From: Octopus sinensis
Lineage: Eukaryota
NCBI RefSeq assembly: GCF_006345805.1
Contig: NC_042998.1
Location: 47,926,001 to 47,990,000, forward strand
DNA: 64,000 bases
Reading direction: 5' to 3'
Position numbers and translations under genes: made by a program. Shown in pieces: positions 13,172-27,384 of this stretch. Within the stretch, counting starts at the first letter, position 1; the number at the start of each line of letters is the position of its first letter. The notes beneath the pieces were generated by a model. That model ran no database searches. It saw nothing but the letters and a program-made list of their open reading frames with translations, and was not told the origin of the DNA.

Positions 13172-13571
13172 GGATCTTTTCGGTTTGAACGGCAGTTTTT
13201 TCTAGCGGTGTCATATGAAATTGTCACTCATAATTATGACCCTAGTATCGATATATTGCATTTCAATCTGTGTTAGGGTTAGGGAGAAGGGTATCTTTTT
13301 TTTCTTCACAAATGTAAATAAACCCAATCTGTTTCTTAAACGAGGGACATATTCATACGGCACAGAAGGTTTTTTTTTTTTACCTCAATGGACGTTACTG
13401 ATTGGTTGAAATTGAAGAAAAAAACAAACAAATATCTTACAAACTATAGAATTTTCTCAATAAAGCCAAGAGAAAAATGTTTTATAAACACATTCTACCA
13501 GTATACGAAGTTTAAAATTTTTTAGTTACCTAGAAATTATGTTAAAACTGCCGTTCAAACCGAAAAGATCC
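13172..13571. mobile_element. 400-bp MITE, 28-bp perfect TIR, 8-bp TSD (Merlin- or hAT-like)
   Basis: TIR ggatcttttcggtttgaacggcagtttt at 13172-13199 and 13544-13571; TSD aaatatcc at 13164-13171 and 13572-13579. Confidence 0.9.
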
Positions 13572-14340
13572 AAATATCCGATATGGTCTTCCATTTTTTT
13601 CTTTCATACGTGATGTACAAGAAATTTGGTTGCTATTTCCAGCAGGCTGAAGAACACCGTTAGAGGCTCCTCAAAGTTGACTCGTTCATCTGGTACTGTC
13701 TGTCGTTGTGGTTACCGCTGTTGGTTCGGAGTTGCATGGCTACAGCTATGCGTAAATACAGTCCTTTTTTTTAGAGCTATGTACTGAGAAACAACTACAT
13801 TTTTATCTATAGTGTCCTTTCCACACCTAAAATTGTCGGATGCTTGTTCAGGAATATTTGGCTGCTATTTGTAACCAGGCAAACGAACCAACGCGTAGAA
13901 GCTATCTCTTTCTCTCTCTCTCTCTCTGTCTCTCCCATTGGCTTGTGCAGTTCACTGTTTATACAAATGGCACACGTGTGATGCTGTCTCTCGCCTATTA
14001 CAATATCTTTTCGCTTGTTTCTTTTCTCACACATAGAGCGAATTGTTGGAAGTGTGTGAGTGTCTGTCTAGCTGTCTGTGTGGAAGGGGGAGCGAGGAGG
14101 GGATTTGCATACATGCGTGAAGATTCATGTATCGCGGTTCTATATTGATGACTTCCTGTATTTATAATTGGGCGGTTCTTACGAAGAAGAACCTTGTGTC
14201 TCAATTTACGGATGCCTTGCAAGTTGGGCATCTAAGAAGACTATCACTAAATATTTCAATTTAACCTACATATTCTTAGTCATTATTTTCTCCTTTTCTT
14301 CCTTTCGCACACGTACACACAGACGGTATTGCATACATTC

Positions 14341-14371
<31 letters not shown>

Positions 14372-14597
14372 ATCTTGTTTCTTTGGACTGTGGCCATGCT
14401 GGATCACCGCCTTCAAGGGTCCAGTCGAATGCATGAATGAATATACATGTGTATGTATGTATGTATGTACGTAGAGGGTACAATATAGCAAATGAATAAC
14501 TGATATATATATATATATATATATTATCAAGGTGGCTATTCGCACCCTCCATACCTTTAGTAGCAACTATACACGTGTATGTATATATATATATATA

Positions 14598-14735
14598 ACC
14601 GTTACATAGCGGTTCGGCAAAAGAGACCGATAGAATAAGTACTGGGCTTACAAAAGAATAAGTCTCGGGGTCGAGTTGCTCGATTAAAGGCATGGCCGCA
14701 GTCAAATGACTGAAACAAGTAAAAGAGTAAAAAAA
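14598..14735 (+). mobile_element. SINE family A, 3' half only
   Basis: Starts after a (TA)n tract; tagcggttcggcaaaagagaccg through tail. Confidence 0.8.
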
Positions 14736-15418
14736 AAAAAGAGTATATATATATATACATATACACACACACAAATGCAAGCTCACATAGACTTATAAAT
14801 TCATGCTTTTTAATTATTACTTATCCTAGTTAACCCTATATTTTCCTGTTTTCTCTATTTTTCTTTATATGTTGTTATCAATCACCATATATGCGTATGC
14901 GCGCAGACAAGATATTTGGTTTAGAGACCGAATGAATCCCCCATTCCGAACAACTGTAGTCTATCTATACATATCTCGAGTGGTATTTATCTCATGACTA
15001 TATACCCAAATGAATATGCAGATATATGAATATATGTATCCATATTTCCATGGATAATACGTACGACACTGTATGTATGAATGAACGTACAGGACGGATA
15101 TGACCACCACGCTTGGCGAGGCAGAGAAAAACAAGAAAGACGTTTCGCTGGAGGCTGGGCGGCGATAAGTGAAAACTAGCCGTATGTAAGTAAGCAAGGC
15201 AAAAATCTCAAGTGTACAAAAAGCAATATACGTTTGTTGAAATTGACGGTCATTTTTTTAAAATTAGAGAGTTCGCTTGCGACGTCGTCTTCTACGTATA
15301 CAGGCAGAACATACGATTTACAGGAAAGTTTGTGCGCTGCGCGCGCATCCATGGACACGTACTTACGTAAGCGCACTCAAAGCCCATCATACGCAGTATG
15401 TAAATATTATTACGTAAT

Positions 15419-15475
<57 letters not shown>

Positions 15476-16739
15476 GCATATATATTTCTATACTCGTAAA
15501 ATTATGAACAAATGAGACAATACATAGATATACATAAAGGAATACGTATATTCAGGTATGTATGTATGTATATAAATAAATGTGTATACAGAGACGGAGG
15601 GAGAGGTATGAAGATGAGGTGTTCGTAAAATCACGCCTTACAAAATGAGAGAAAGTAACATCAGAAAATATATATTTTTTTTAAATGGGATAATTTGAAT
15701 GAAATACTTTTCCATTAGGGTTCTATCAGAAGTAACCTGTAGTTAATAGACAACAAAAACAAATTTCTGCTTGTTCTCTGGGATAGAATGAATTTGGAAC
15801 TCCTTCCACTGTTACAATACGTAAGATTTTACTTCAGACAAGACAACGCGGCTAAGACCATCCTAGGAGACAGCCTATAAACAAATCTCTTTTATTAAGC
15901 ATTTTGTTTTGAATAATAAAACAAGAGTTCAATTGCTATTGTTTTTTATATGAATATCATTTATAATGCTAATGAATTAATGTTAAGATTGCTTTGAAAA
16001 ATATCAATTTATGATCCGCAAATGTAGTTTATTAATATTAATATCATTATATCAACGTCAATACTTGACAAGTGGTTGGCACTTTATTTTATCCAGCTAG
16101 AAAGATTACGAAAAATGAAGTTTGCCCTCAGCAAGATTTGAACTCAAGATGTCGGAATTAGCTATTGGCGTTGAACTGACAAAAGTTTTAAAACATCAAA
16201 GAAAATACTTTACGGCGTTTAAATCAAAGTTCTTCATATTATGAGTTCAAATCCCTCTGAGATCAGCTTTACTGTTCATCCTTCCGGAGTTGAAAAAAAA
16301 TACAGTGCTGAGGTTGACTTGTATTTTATTTATATAATGCAATGTTTCTCATTGTGGTGAAGAGGAAGCTTGAAAAAAAAAAAAAAAAAAAAAGAGGAGC
16401 AGACAAACTGTCATACTAAGTAAAATTAAAATGAGGGTGGGGTGACTGTGACGATTGAAAATGGGTGGACAAATCGCCATGTTTAATAAAAAAAAAAAAA
16501 TTGAGATGGTTGAAAAAACTTTTTCGAACTTGCCTAGCGCTGCGACGAAGCAGGATGCAATCCCTAATTTTCCCTCTCGTTACTTGTTCTTAATTAAGAA
16601 GGTTGAGCAAAAATATTCGCCTATATTGGGAAGAGTGAGACGGGTGCCACTCCCTTCTCCCAACAACCCTTCTTCCTTTTTGTTTGCTTTTTGATAAGTA
16701 TTATAATGAAAATTTTCAACATTTGCAGACATTTTAAGC

Positions 16740-16741
16740 TT

Positions 16742-16780
<39 letters not shown>

Positions 16781-17300
16781 ATGTGTGTGTGTGTGTATGT
16801 GTGTGTGTGTGTATGTGTGTGTATGTGTGTGTGTGTGTATATATATGTGTGTGTATATATATGTGTGTGTGTGTGTGTATATATGTGTGTGTGTGTGTGT
16901 ATGTATGTGTATGTGTGTGTATATGTGTGTGTATATGTGTGTGTGTATATATATGTGTGTGTATATATATGTGTATGTGTGTGTGTATATTATATATATG
17001 TGTGTGTGTGTATATATATATATGTGTGGTGTGTATATATATATATGTGTGTGTGTATATTATATATATATGTGTGTGTGTATATTATATATATATTGTG
17101 TGTGTGTATATATATATATATGTGTGTGTGTATATATATATATATATGTGTGTGTGTTATATATATATATGTGTGTGTGTGTGTAATATATATATATGTG
17201 TGTGTGTGTATATATATATATATGTGTGTGGTGTGTATGTATGTATATATATATATATATATATAAGTATGTGTGTATATATATGTATGTATGTATGTAT
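16740..17300. repeat. Compound (TG)n/(TA)n microsatellite
   Basis: Alternating TG and TA blocks; source of the spurious VCVC/YIYI ORFs. Confidence 0.95.
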
Positions 17301-17629
17301 ACGAAAACCAATTCCAAACATAAGTTGACGTAGGAACTCATTTAGCAGCAAGCAAATGATAAATACTAGACAGGATTATAATTCGTAAACATTATTGCAC
17401 ACGACGTAATTGCTATCTTAGCTGGAAAATTGATTTCACAAGGTTTCAAATGAAAATATCATAAATTTGATTACTTCTACGAAAAGTGCTGCCATTTTCA
17501 TGTTACTTTGCAGGAATTCATATGCTGGACCTCTTTCGTTAACTCAACCCTCTTCATATATTTCCCTCCAGCCCCATTTTCCTCTCCCCCTCTCTCTCTC
17601 TCCCATATGCATACGTATGTATACATACC

Positions 17630-17813
17630 CCTTATATATATATATATATATATATATATTCACATACATACTTATACATAAATATACACATACCAATATA
17701 TATACCTAAATATATACATTCATTCATGTACATATATATACATACATACATGCATCTATACATGCATACACGCACACACACACATATATATACATACATA
17801 CATGTATATGTAC

Positions 17814-17844
<31 letters not shown>

Positions 17845-17927
17845 CAAACATACATACATACATATATATATATAACATATATATATGTATATACATGCAT
17901 AAATATATAGATATACATGTATGTATG

Positions 17928-17963
<36 letters not shown>

Positions 17964-18059
17964 ATATACATGTATATATACATGCATACACATATACGTG
18001 CATATAGATATATATATGCATACATATATAAATATTTGCATACACACACACCCACCCAT

Positions 18060-18099
<40 letters not shown>

Positions 18100-18125
18100 G
18101 TATATGTATATATATATATATGCGC
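17630..18125. repeat. Compound (TA)n/(CA)n/(TACA)n microsatellite
   Basis: Direct inspection. Confidence 0.95.
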
Positions 18126-18717
18126 AGTTTATTATGGGTTATAGAGACAGAATTACGTACATAGAATTAAAAACGCAACTAGTTCTGAGAGGAGACAAAC
18201 AGACCGATAGATAGATAGATAGATAGATTCTTTCGTTCTTAATTAACAACGTAAATCCAGACAATCAGTAAAATGGAATCAAACGTTTTACTTATATCAT
18301 TTTCTTTAAAAAAAATATTTTACAACATGTCTCATCTGCCAGCACACACACACACACACGCACGCACACACACACACACACACACATACGAGAAAACAAG
18401 CACAAATTCTGGTACTATATTAACGTCTTGTCTTTTACGTTATTATTATTATTGTTTTAGTGTTATTGTATTCTTCTTAGACTAAGTTACTTGTTTTGAA
18501 ATAAAGAGAACTAAAAAAAATAAAAAACACACACACACTCACTGAAAAATGTCAAAACAACAATTATTAAATATATAAACAAGTTTGCAACTCACAAAAC
18601 ACCATCTGGACCATGCTTTTTTAGATTTAAATGAAAGAAGTTTTTCATTCGAAATTTCCAAAATGGAAGATAATTTAGTATTATACGTGTGTGTTTGTGA
18701 GAGAGAGAGTATGCGTG

Positions 18718-18751
<34 letters not shown>

Positions 18752-19065
18752 TTAAACATTTGTGTGTGTGTATTCTATGATAGTATTCACATTTCTGTAC
18801 AGATAAATGTTTAGATATGTATAAGGATCTTCGTTAAAAAATCGTTTGAATGTTGTTTTACATATTTCAGACGATAAAAACAAAAGTTTTATTAAAAGCC
18901 CAAGCGGCCCCACGGTGTGTGCTAGATTTTTGTATCATGAAACAACTTAGCGAATGTTGAAAATCATTGTTCCTGTTGGTTAGTTAGTCTCTGACCAGCA
19001 CTGACCGGACTAGGATCAAAAGCGTTACAATCGTGGCCATACCATCATTTTAGGCATGCTTCTTA

Positions 19066-19800
19066 CTAAAGTGTGTCCCCGCCACGTTGACTTTGTTTCC
19101 TCATGACTTTCAGAGAAATGGATATTTTTTAATGAAGTTTTCTACAAATACGCTTCAGATGGTGTAGATTTCAATTATATCATAATTTGTTCTGAAAGAA
19201 AAAAAAAACCATTCCGGGAGGTAGGGAGAGGAGTCTGGTAAATTCACGCGTGTCGTCTTTGTTTCCTCATAACTTTCACAAAAATGGGTATTTTTCTATG
19301 ACATTTACTACGAATACGTTCCAGTGTAGATTATGATCATATCGGAATTTGATGTAAAAAAAAAAATGGTGAGTACACACACATACAGACTGACACATAT
19401 CACAATTTTATCAAAATTTCAAGTTTCACTCTGTTGATGTATGTAATGTATAGCAGTATGTATGTGCGTGAACCCACCAACTGTTTTTTCTTTCTTTTTT
19501 TTTTCCATATTAAATTAGAATCGTATTCTTAACACTCTGAAATGTATCAGAAAAAAATTTCATTAAAAAAACCCCCACATTTTGCTGAAAGTTATGAGGA
19601 AACAAAGTTTACTCGTGTGAATTTTCTAAAACTCCTCTTCCCACACTCGGAATTTTTTTTTTTTTTTTTTTTTTTTTCACAACAAATTCCTACATAATAG
19701 GAATCTAGACCATCTGAAGTTTATTTGCTGGAAATTTCATTAAAAAACATACATTTTTCTGAAAGTTATCAGGAAACGAAATCCGGTGATGGTGCGCATA
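19066..19800. mobile_element. Fold-back element with ~250-bp TIRs built of two subunits
   Basis: 19088-19330 is an imperfect reverse complement of ~19520-19790; motif tttgtttcctcat(g/a)actttca twice on the left, its inverse twice on the right. Confidence 0.75.
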
Positions 19801-20038
19801 TGTAGGTATACCTCTTTTTAGGTGTATCTAAGACTAAAGTGATTCAATTCATGTTTTCCATTTCTAAATATGATTTTAGTGTGAGTTGAAGATTTGGCTA
19901 CAATTTCTAGCAGATCTAGTGACCACATGAGACGCACTTACGGCGTTGTTATTGTTTTGTGTGTGCGTGCGTGTGTGTGTGTGAAACCGCATAATATATA
20001 TAGAGGTAGACTGACAAAATGGTACATAGAAAGCTAAG

Positions 20039-20039
<1 letters not shown>

Positions 20040-20099
<60 letters not shown>

Positions 20100-20303
20100 A
20101 TATATATATATACATATGGTGGTAGATATAGATAGATGGACGGTTAGTCGAATTTTGTATGTATGTATGTATGCATATATATATTATATATATATATATA
20201 TACACGCATATACATGCACATATATATGTATGCATATATATATATATATTATATATATATATATATATGTATGCATATATATATATGTATTATATATATA
20301 TGC

Positions 20304-20341
<38 letters not shown>

Positions 20342-20392
20342 TGTATATATATATATATGTATATATATATATGTATATATATATATGTATAT

Positions 20393-20423
<31 letters not shown>

Positions 20424-20490
20424 ATATGTATATACACACACACACACATGAATGTATATATGTATATACACACACACACACATGAATGTA
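20040..20490. repeat. (TA)n/(TATG)n microsatellite
   Basis: Direct inspection. Confidence 0.95.
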
Positions 20491-20808
20491 TATCCATACA
20501 CACCGAGTGTGTATGTGTGTGTATTCGCGCGCGTATTTATGTAGCTAGGAAGAGAAGCACGGGAAAAAATAAGACTAGCAATGGGAATATTGAAGAAATA
20601 TTGTGAGAAAAAATATAAAAGGAGATGAAAAGGAACTAAGTGAAAGGTAAGATAGGGGATAGAGTGATACGAAATAAGGGACAGAAGAAAAGGAACAGAT
20701 TCGTTCATAAGAGAAAATAAGAAAGAGGTTGTGGGAGGAAAACACAGAAATATATCAACAAGAAGTGTTTGAAAAAAGAAATGGTACGCAGAAAGGTATG
20801 TATAGAGA

Positions 20809-20849
<41 letters not shown>

Positions 20850-22316
20850 ATAAAGAGAGGGAGAATGAGAAGGGGTGAAAGAAGCAAAATGAAAACAGAA
20901 AAAAAAAGGGAGTATATATATAATATATATATATATATAATATGTGTGTAAAAGAAGCCCAGCTAAGTAACACACAAAATATATATTTTTAAAAAAAATA
21001 GAAGAGAAAAATAATAAGAATGAAAAATAAAAATTAAAAAAAACTAGGATGGCATTTCCTGTAGGCAGGCAAAATTTGAACTTTCCCATGGTTAAATGTT
21101 AGAGCATCGAACGAAAAAAGAAAGGAGAGCAAAGCCAGTCTCTCGCTCTCGCTCTCTCTCTTTGCTTCTCTGTGTCTCTCTCTGTCTGTCTGTCTCTCAT
21201 GTAACACAAACACACGCACGCACAAAGATAAAGTCACTTATAAACATATACTGAGCATTGCGTATGCACACACACACACACACACTCACACGCACGCACG
21301 CACACATACATACACATACGCACACGCATACATACACGCATATACAGATATACGTTTAGACGTACGTAGACGTATGTACACATTCGCAACCACTATGACA
21401 GCTATCCAACACAGTGTGATGCTACTAGTTGAGTTTGCGTGAGGAGGAGGAAGAGGAGGGCGAAGAGGAGCAGCAAGAGGAGGAATGTGCAGTCGAGGAG
21501 AGTGGTGGTGGTGGTGGTGGTATTGGGAGAATGTCTGTGAATGTTTGTGTATGTCGTTGTGTACACGTGTTTCACAGAGCATGTATGCGTGTATGCGTGT
21601 GTGTGTGTGTGTGCGTGTGTAAAAATATAAATGCGTCTATGTGTGGTCCACGTACGCGTGCGCGCGCGAGTCTCTGTGTATGTCGTCCTAGTCTCAGACC
21701 AAATTGGTGACGACGATGGCAGAGATGGAAGCAATGAGAGGTGGTGGTGGTGGGGTTGGAATGTTATGGCGGCTTGGAGGAGGAAAGGTGAAGAGAGGGT
21801 AAGAGAATGAGAGAGAGAGGGGGGGGAAGAAGCAACAGAAAGCGAAAGAGTGTCTTTTATGTGCCAGAGAGTAACAGAGAGTAAATGAGTTGTGGTGAGA
21901 AAAAAGACGGAAAGGAAATGAGAATAAGAAAGGTTAAAAATCCAGACGACACTAAAATTACGTGCACGTAAGAGAGAGGTAGTGGACGAGGGAGGGTAAG
22001 AGAAAGGAAGAAGTTGCCGTGTATTGGGGAGAGTAGTAACAATACATTGAAACAGAAGAGGGAGGAAAATCAGACGACACAAAAAAGATACACACACATA
22101 TATATATATATATATTATATGTATATACATGTTAAAAGAGAGTCTGAAGAGAGAAATGTAGAAAGAGTGGAACGAGACTAGAGATTGCGGGAAGGAAAAG
22201 GAAAAAGAAATGTTGAAAACTAGATGTAAAATGGGCGAAAATTGTTAAAGAAAATTAAGAGGAATGGAGGATCTTGTTAAATCTTTTTCCAACCATTTGA
22301 AGTATTTCAAATTTCC

Positions 22317-23144
22317 TGCACTGATGTAGCTTCGCATGCTGATGACTAAAATAGCATTCATTTCTTCATTTTTTTCACTCTTTTTTTCTTATCTTTTCTG
22401 GAAATTCATAATAATTTTTAGTTATCAGCATGTAAAAATTTACATGAAAGCTACATATTTCTGAAAATAATCAGGTGAAACTTTTTGAAATACTTGGAGT
22501 AGTTGGAAGAAATTCAACAAGATTCGGAATGGATTTGAAAACTTTTGAAAAATGTTAATATACGAATAAAATAAAATGAAGAATTATATATATATATATA
22601 TATATATATATCAGCAAAATTAAGGTAAAATAAAAGATACAGTAAGAAAAAGTGAGAAAGCACAACATAGCTAGTTGTTTGTGTATGGGTGAACAAATAT
22701 CATTTGGCAGTGTATATATATATACATCGTTTCTCTTGGTTCTCAGGAAACAAGGTACTTAGACTTCTTGTTTCCTTGGAGATTTATTGTCAGTATAGGT
22801 AAAGTTGTGGTAGTTACGCTGTTGTTGCAGTTGCAGTTATTATTTTAACCCTAGGTCGGCTTCTCTTTTAACAGTGCTTATATTATATTTTAATATTTAG
22901 GACATCGTTATGTAATCCGTACTGCTCTATTTTTAAGACAGGAAAGAGGTGATTTGGTGGGGGGGGGGGCAATTGGCTGTTGGCTCTTATAGCTGGAGTA
23001 ACTACGATGAGTTGATGACACACATATATACATAGTTTTGAAGTAAATTTTACATGCTGACGACTAAAATTATGAATTTCTAGAAAAAAAAATGGTAAAA
23101 ATGAATGCTATTTTGTCAACAGCAAGCGAAGCTACATCAGTGCA
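22317..23144. mobile_element. Non-autonomous TIR element, ~125-bp imperfect TIRs
   Basis: tgcactgatgtagcttcgc...atgtaaaaatttac (22317-22443) versus gtaaattttacatg...gcgaagctacatcagtgca (23043-23144); no TSD found. Confidence 0.75.
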
Positions 23145-23165
23145 TACATACACATGTATGTGTGA

Positions 23166-23209
<44 letters not shown>

Positions 23210-24414
23210 TCAGATACATACACATTCATATATGTATAAAAATGTGAACAGAATTTTTCCACTGAAATACAAATTCGGGGAGTAATTGATTTAGCAAATA
23301 TCTGCATAGATTTTAAGCAATTTTAAACAATCAAGTTAGAAAATTCCATAGTGTTTAAACCCTAGATAACCCCGTTTAATCGTTGAGAAATAGTATCGCT
23401 TCACATACGACAGGTTCCAAACCGAATCACGTTCGTAGCTCCTCGTAGCTCCCGATAGATGTCTGTTTTACCCAGCAGGAATTTTGACGTGCGGACTTCT
23501 AATGGCGAAGAGCGCGCAGACTGAAGCTAGGAGCAATACATATATGCTATATAAATCATACATAATAAATTGTGTGTACGTCTCTGTAGTAGGTATACGT
23601 AGATCATATATCGTATTTAAATCATGTACGTTATATCTATGTGTATGTATATGTGTGTGTGTGTTTGTCTTCAGTCACATTGTTGAGCCCTAGGACTCAT
23701 AAGGCCGGTTTTCCGGTTTCCATGTTATATAACTGACCAAAATCACAGCGTCCCCACCTTCCCGAATGTCACTCTTTGGTCAATAAATGTGTCTAATTCG
23801 ATAAGGTCTAAATTAGGACTAAACAACAACACTTAATTACACCAGTCTTATAAAATGGAATGACAAAATACATAAAATTGTCTTAAGTCTTAAATACACC
23901 AATACAAATTACTATTGGGTTGTGTTTAATTATATGTCTGTTCATTCATGGCTGACTTAGAGCAAGACACAGCGATGCACACACACACACACACGTATTG
24001 TCAGTGGCAGATTAACAGGCCTATATTTTCTGTATCGACAAACGTTTGAAATTAGCCCAAATTATATAAGTGTTCAGTAGTACGAAAGTACCGATATTGT
24101 TGATTACAAGGTCTTGTTTACCAGCTGTTTAAGATGTAGTCGAAAAACCATAAGTGAGAATAATTCGGTAAATTATAGATTCTCAATATGAACATTTATT
24201 GTAGCTCCGCAAATACTTTATCAAGTATTTATTAAGTGCTTTATCAATAATATACGAATCAATCAACATCATCATCAATAATATTATTGATAAGATAAAA
24301 TTTACAAGTAACTTTTACATAGATTTTTTTTTTTTTACCCTGTCAAATATAAATCGTCCTAAATCACCTAACCTGGTAACTTATGCACTCCTGAGCTATT
24401 CTATGTTCGCTAAA

Positions 24415-24650
24415 ATATATTTCTTTACTACCCACAAGGGGCTAAACATAGAGGGGACAAACAGGGACAGACAAATGGATTAAGTCGATTACATCGACTT
24501 CAGTGCGTAACTGGTACTTAATTTATCGACCCCGATAGAATGAAAGGCAAAGTCGACCTCGGCGGAATTTGAACTCAGAACGTAACGACAGACGAAATAC
24601 GGCTACGCATTTCGCCCGGCGTGCTAACGTTTCTGCTAGCTCGCCGCCTG
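24415..24650 (-). mobile_element. SINE family B, full length, tail type A
   Basis: tatttctttactacccacaagggg tail to gctcgccgcct head. Confidence 0.9.
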
Positions 24651-25013
24651 AAAAACAGGAACTAAATAAACACTACAAACGAATTACATTCTATCCATAC
24701 AAATCTTCTAGGCATGAGTGTGTGTGAGTGTAAAATATTGCTCTTGCCATCTCATTTGCTTCACCAATTTCCCTCACACATGTACACCTATACGCACATA
24801 CACACTAGAATAATAAAACAAATCCCTACTCTTGCTTCTGCCAGCAAGGAGACACAGATACATTCATATACTTGCATCGACGCGCATGGGCTTTCCACCC
24901 TTATTAACTTCCCTCCCCGTAGTACAACATTCCTACATTGTTTTTAAACCGTCACTAGAATCTTTTCCGTCACAGACTACTTCCCTCGTTCACATTTCCC
25001 GCGTTTCTCTTTC

Positions 25014-25045
25014 TTCTGATGAAGGTCTCACACCCGAAAAGTCAA
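25014..25045 (+). ncRNA. Degenerate minimal hammerhead (Penelope-type terminal repeat remnant)
   Basis: CTGATGA-a-GG tctcacac CC-GAAA-a-GTC; C15.2 replaced by A, only 2-bp stem I. Confidence 0.4.
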
Positions 25046-25557
25046 ACCACTGTCTCTTTCCATTGAATATATATATGTATGTGTGTGTGTGTGTTTATAT
25101 CTATCAATACGTATGAAATATATATAGACAGATATATGCACGCATACATATATATATATGTATATATCACATACACGCGCGCGCACGCGCACATATCAGA
25201 AGGCGATTGACGTATTTGAATTTGCTTCTCTTTGAGAAGAGAATATAACATTGAATATAGTGTTGATTACTTCAACTAAAATAAAAATGAAAGAGAGAAT
25301 ATTGATTTTCGAAAGTAGCTATGTACGTAACAGTTTTATAGCAGAACTAACTCTATTAGTTGAAAACTTAAATGTATGTGGTTGTTATTGGATACATGTA
25401 GTTTCAAAGTGTGTACACACACAATAGTAAAAAGTGGTACAAGAGGACGACGAAGGAACGAGCATACAGAAAACAAGTAAAGATAAACACAAACGACGTG
25501 TACACGTTCATTCTTCATCAATTATTGAGCGAAAATCATCACAATTTCGACACTTAT

Positions 25558-25604
<47 letters not shown>

Positions 25605-26510
25605 AATGTCGAAATGAGTATATATATAGCCGACAACTGATGAAGGTTCGTTCTTTATGTTACTTGTCCTGTCTTCCCTTTATTTCTCTCTTTGCATATT
25701 GAATTAATTTGTTTTCATGTTGTTTACTGTTGGTGACGTCCTGTACCCATATATGCATATATATACATATATATATATATATATTCAAACTCGCAGTCAA
25801 TCTTCTCCTTCTGAAAGTTAAATTCTTTCTGAACTTTCAGTTTAATATTATATTGCTTCTATATATAACTTGACATAAAAACACATTTTTTTTAGTGTAT
25901 ATATATGAATATCCATACATATATGAGTATATCTCTCTCGCTCTTTCTCTCTATGTATGTATGTATGTTTGTACGTATGTATGTATGTATGTATGTAAAT
26001 ATCGTGGCATGACTGGCTTTCAAGATGCTAATATCGTGCCTTTTATTGGCCCCTCATTTAAGGCAGTGGGAAGTTTATTGAGAGGGATTTGATTTCTATG
26101 GAACCACAGATTCACCATCTCATAACCACCTCTGCTATGCGTGTATAGGTATTTATGTTACTGTTTGTTGTTGGTGGTGGTGGTGGGGAGAGTAAAAGAA
26201 AGATAATATTTCAAAGTATACTTGATTCACTCACTGGAGTGCGACCAAGCTTGTTTACCATCTTCAAGGTCTGGGTGGAACATCAGATCTGCAAAAGGCT
26301 AGGTTACGAGGGACGTAGACAAACCAACATCTGTTGTCAAATGATGGGGGGGGGGGATGGCTTCTTTTAGTTTCCGTCCACAAAATCCACTCACAAACCT
26401 GTGGCTACAGTGGATGACATATCAGAGGGTGAGATTGAACCCTAGGCCAAAGGGTTGAGAAGCAAGCTTCTTAAACGAGACAGCCACGCCATCTAACAAA
26501 TTTTTTTAAA

Positions 26511-26544
<34 letters not shown>

Positions 26545-26546
<2 letters not shown>

Positions 26547-26980
26547 TTATTTTGCTACGAGCACAAGACCTGAAATTTGGGGGAGGGGACAAGTCAAGTA
26601 CATCGACCCAGCACGCAACTGGTACTTATTTCATCGGACCCAAAAGGAGGAAAGGTAAAGTCGACCCCGGTGGAATTTGAACTAAGGACGTAGGAACGGA
26701 CGAAACGCTGCTACGCATTTTGCCCGGCGTGCTAACAACTCTGCCAGCTCGCCGCCTTATATAGTAATGCTATAGGCACAAGGCCTGAAATTTGGTGGGG
26801 GTGGGTGTCAGTCATTAGATCGATCCCAGTACGCAAGTGGTACTTAATTTATCGACCCCTAAAAGGATGAAAGGCAAAGTCGACTTCGGCGGAATCTGAA
26901 CTCAGAACGTAGCAACTAGCAAAATACCGCTAAGCATTTCGTCCAGCGTGCTTAACGATTCTGCCAGCTCGCCCGCCTTA
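26545..26980 (-). mobile_element. Two adjacent SINE family B copies, tail type B
   Basis: Two complete units flanked by (aat)n tracts. Confidence 0.88.
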
Positions 26981-26996
26981 TATAATAAAAATAATA

Positions 26997-27054
<58 letters not shown>

Positions 27055-27384
27055 AACTGAAAAATAGAAGAAAAGAAAATGTACGTGGTGTTGGTGTTGC
27101 GAGTTCATATAAAATCTCTCAAGTTGGAAGACAAAAAACTTTTTAAGTGAAGTTTTCTAACCTGTTAAGGAACACCCCCACCCCCATAATATTTTTCTCA
27201 AAATGTGAAACAAAGCTGTAAGATAACATATAGATATGTACAAGGATATATTGGAAGACTGTGTGCCATACGCCTATGCATACAAGTTCATGTGTATAAA
27301 TTGATATATTATATAATACTTTGACATTATATAATACGTGTGTGTGTGTGTGTGTGTGTGTGTGGTACACTCTATTTCATTATC

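Noticed and set aside
16691-17351. 140-190 aa Cys/Val/Tyr-rich ORFs
   Set aside because: Pure (TG)n/(TA)n; open in several frames at once.
22339-23095. CTGATGA / CTGACGA...GAAA in the TIRs
   Set aside because: No stem II, stem III or NUH.
23393-23500. HDV-like L3 motif agc-tcctcgta-gct
   Set aside because: P1, P1.1 and P2 cannot be formed; explained by a tandem cgtagctcc duplication.
25630-25720. CTGATGA in a TA-flanked repeat
   Set aside because: No GAAA or stems downstream.
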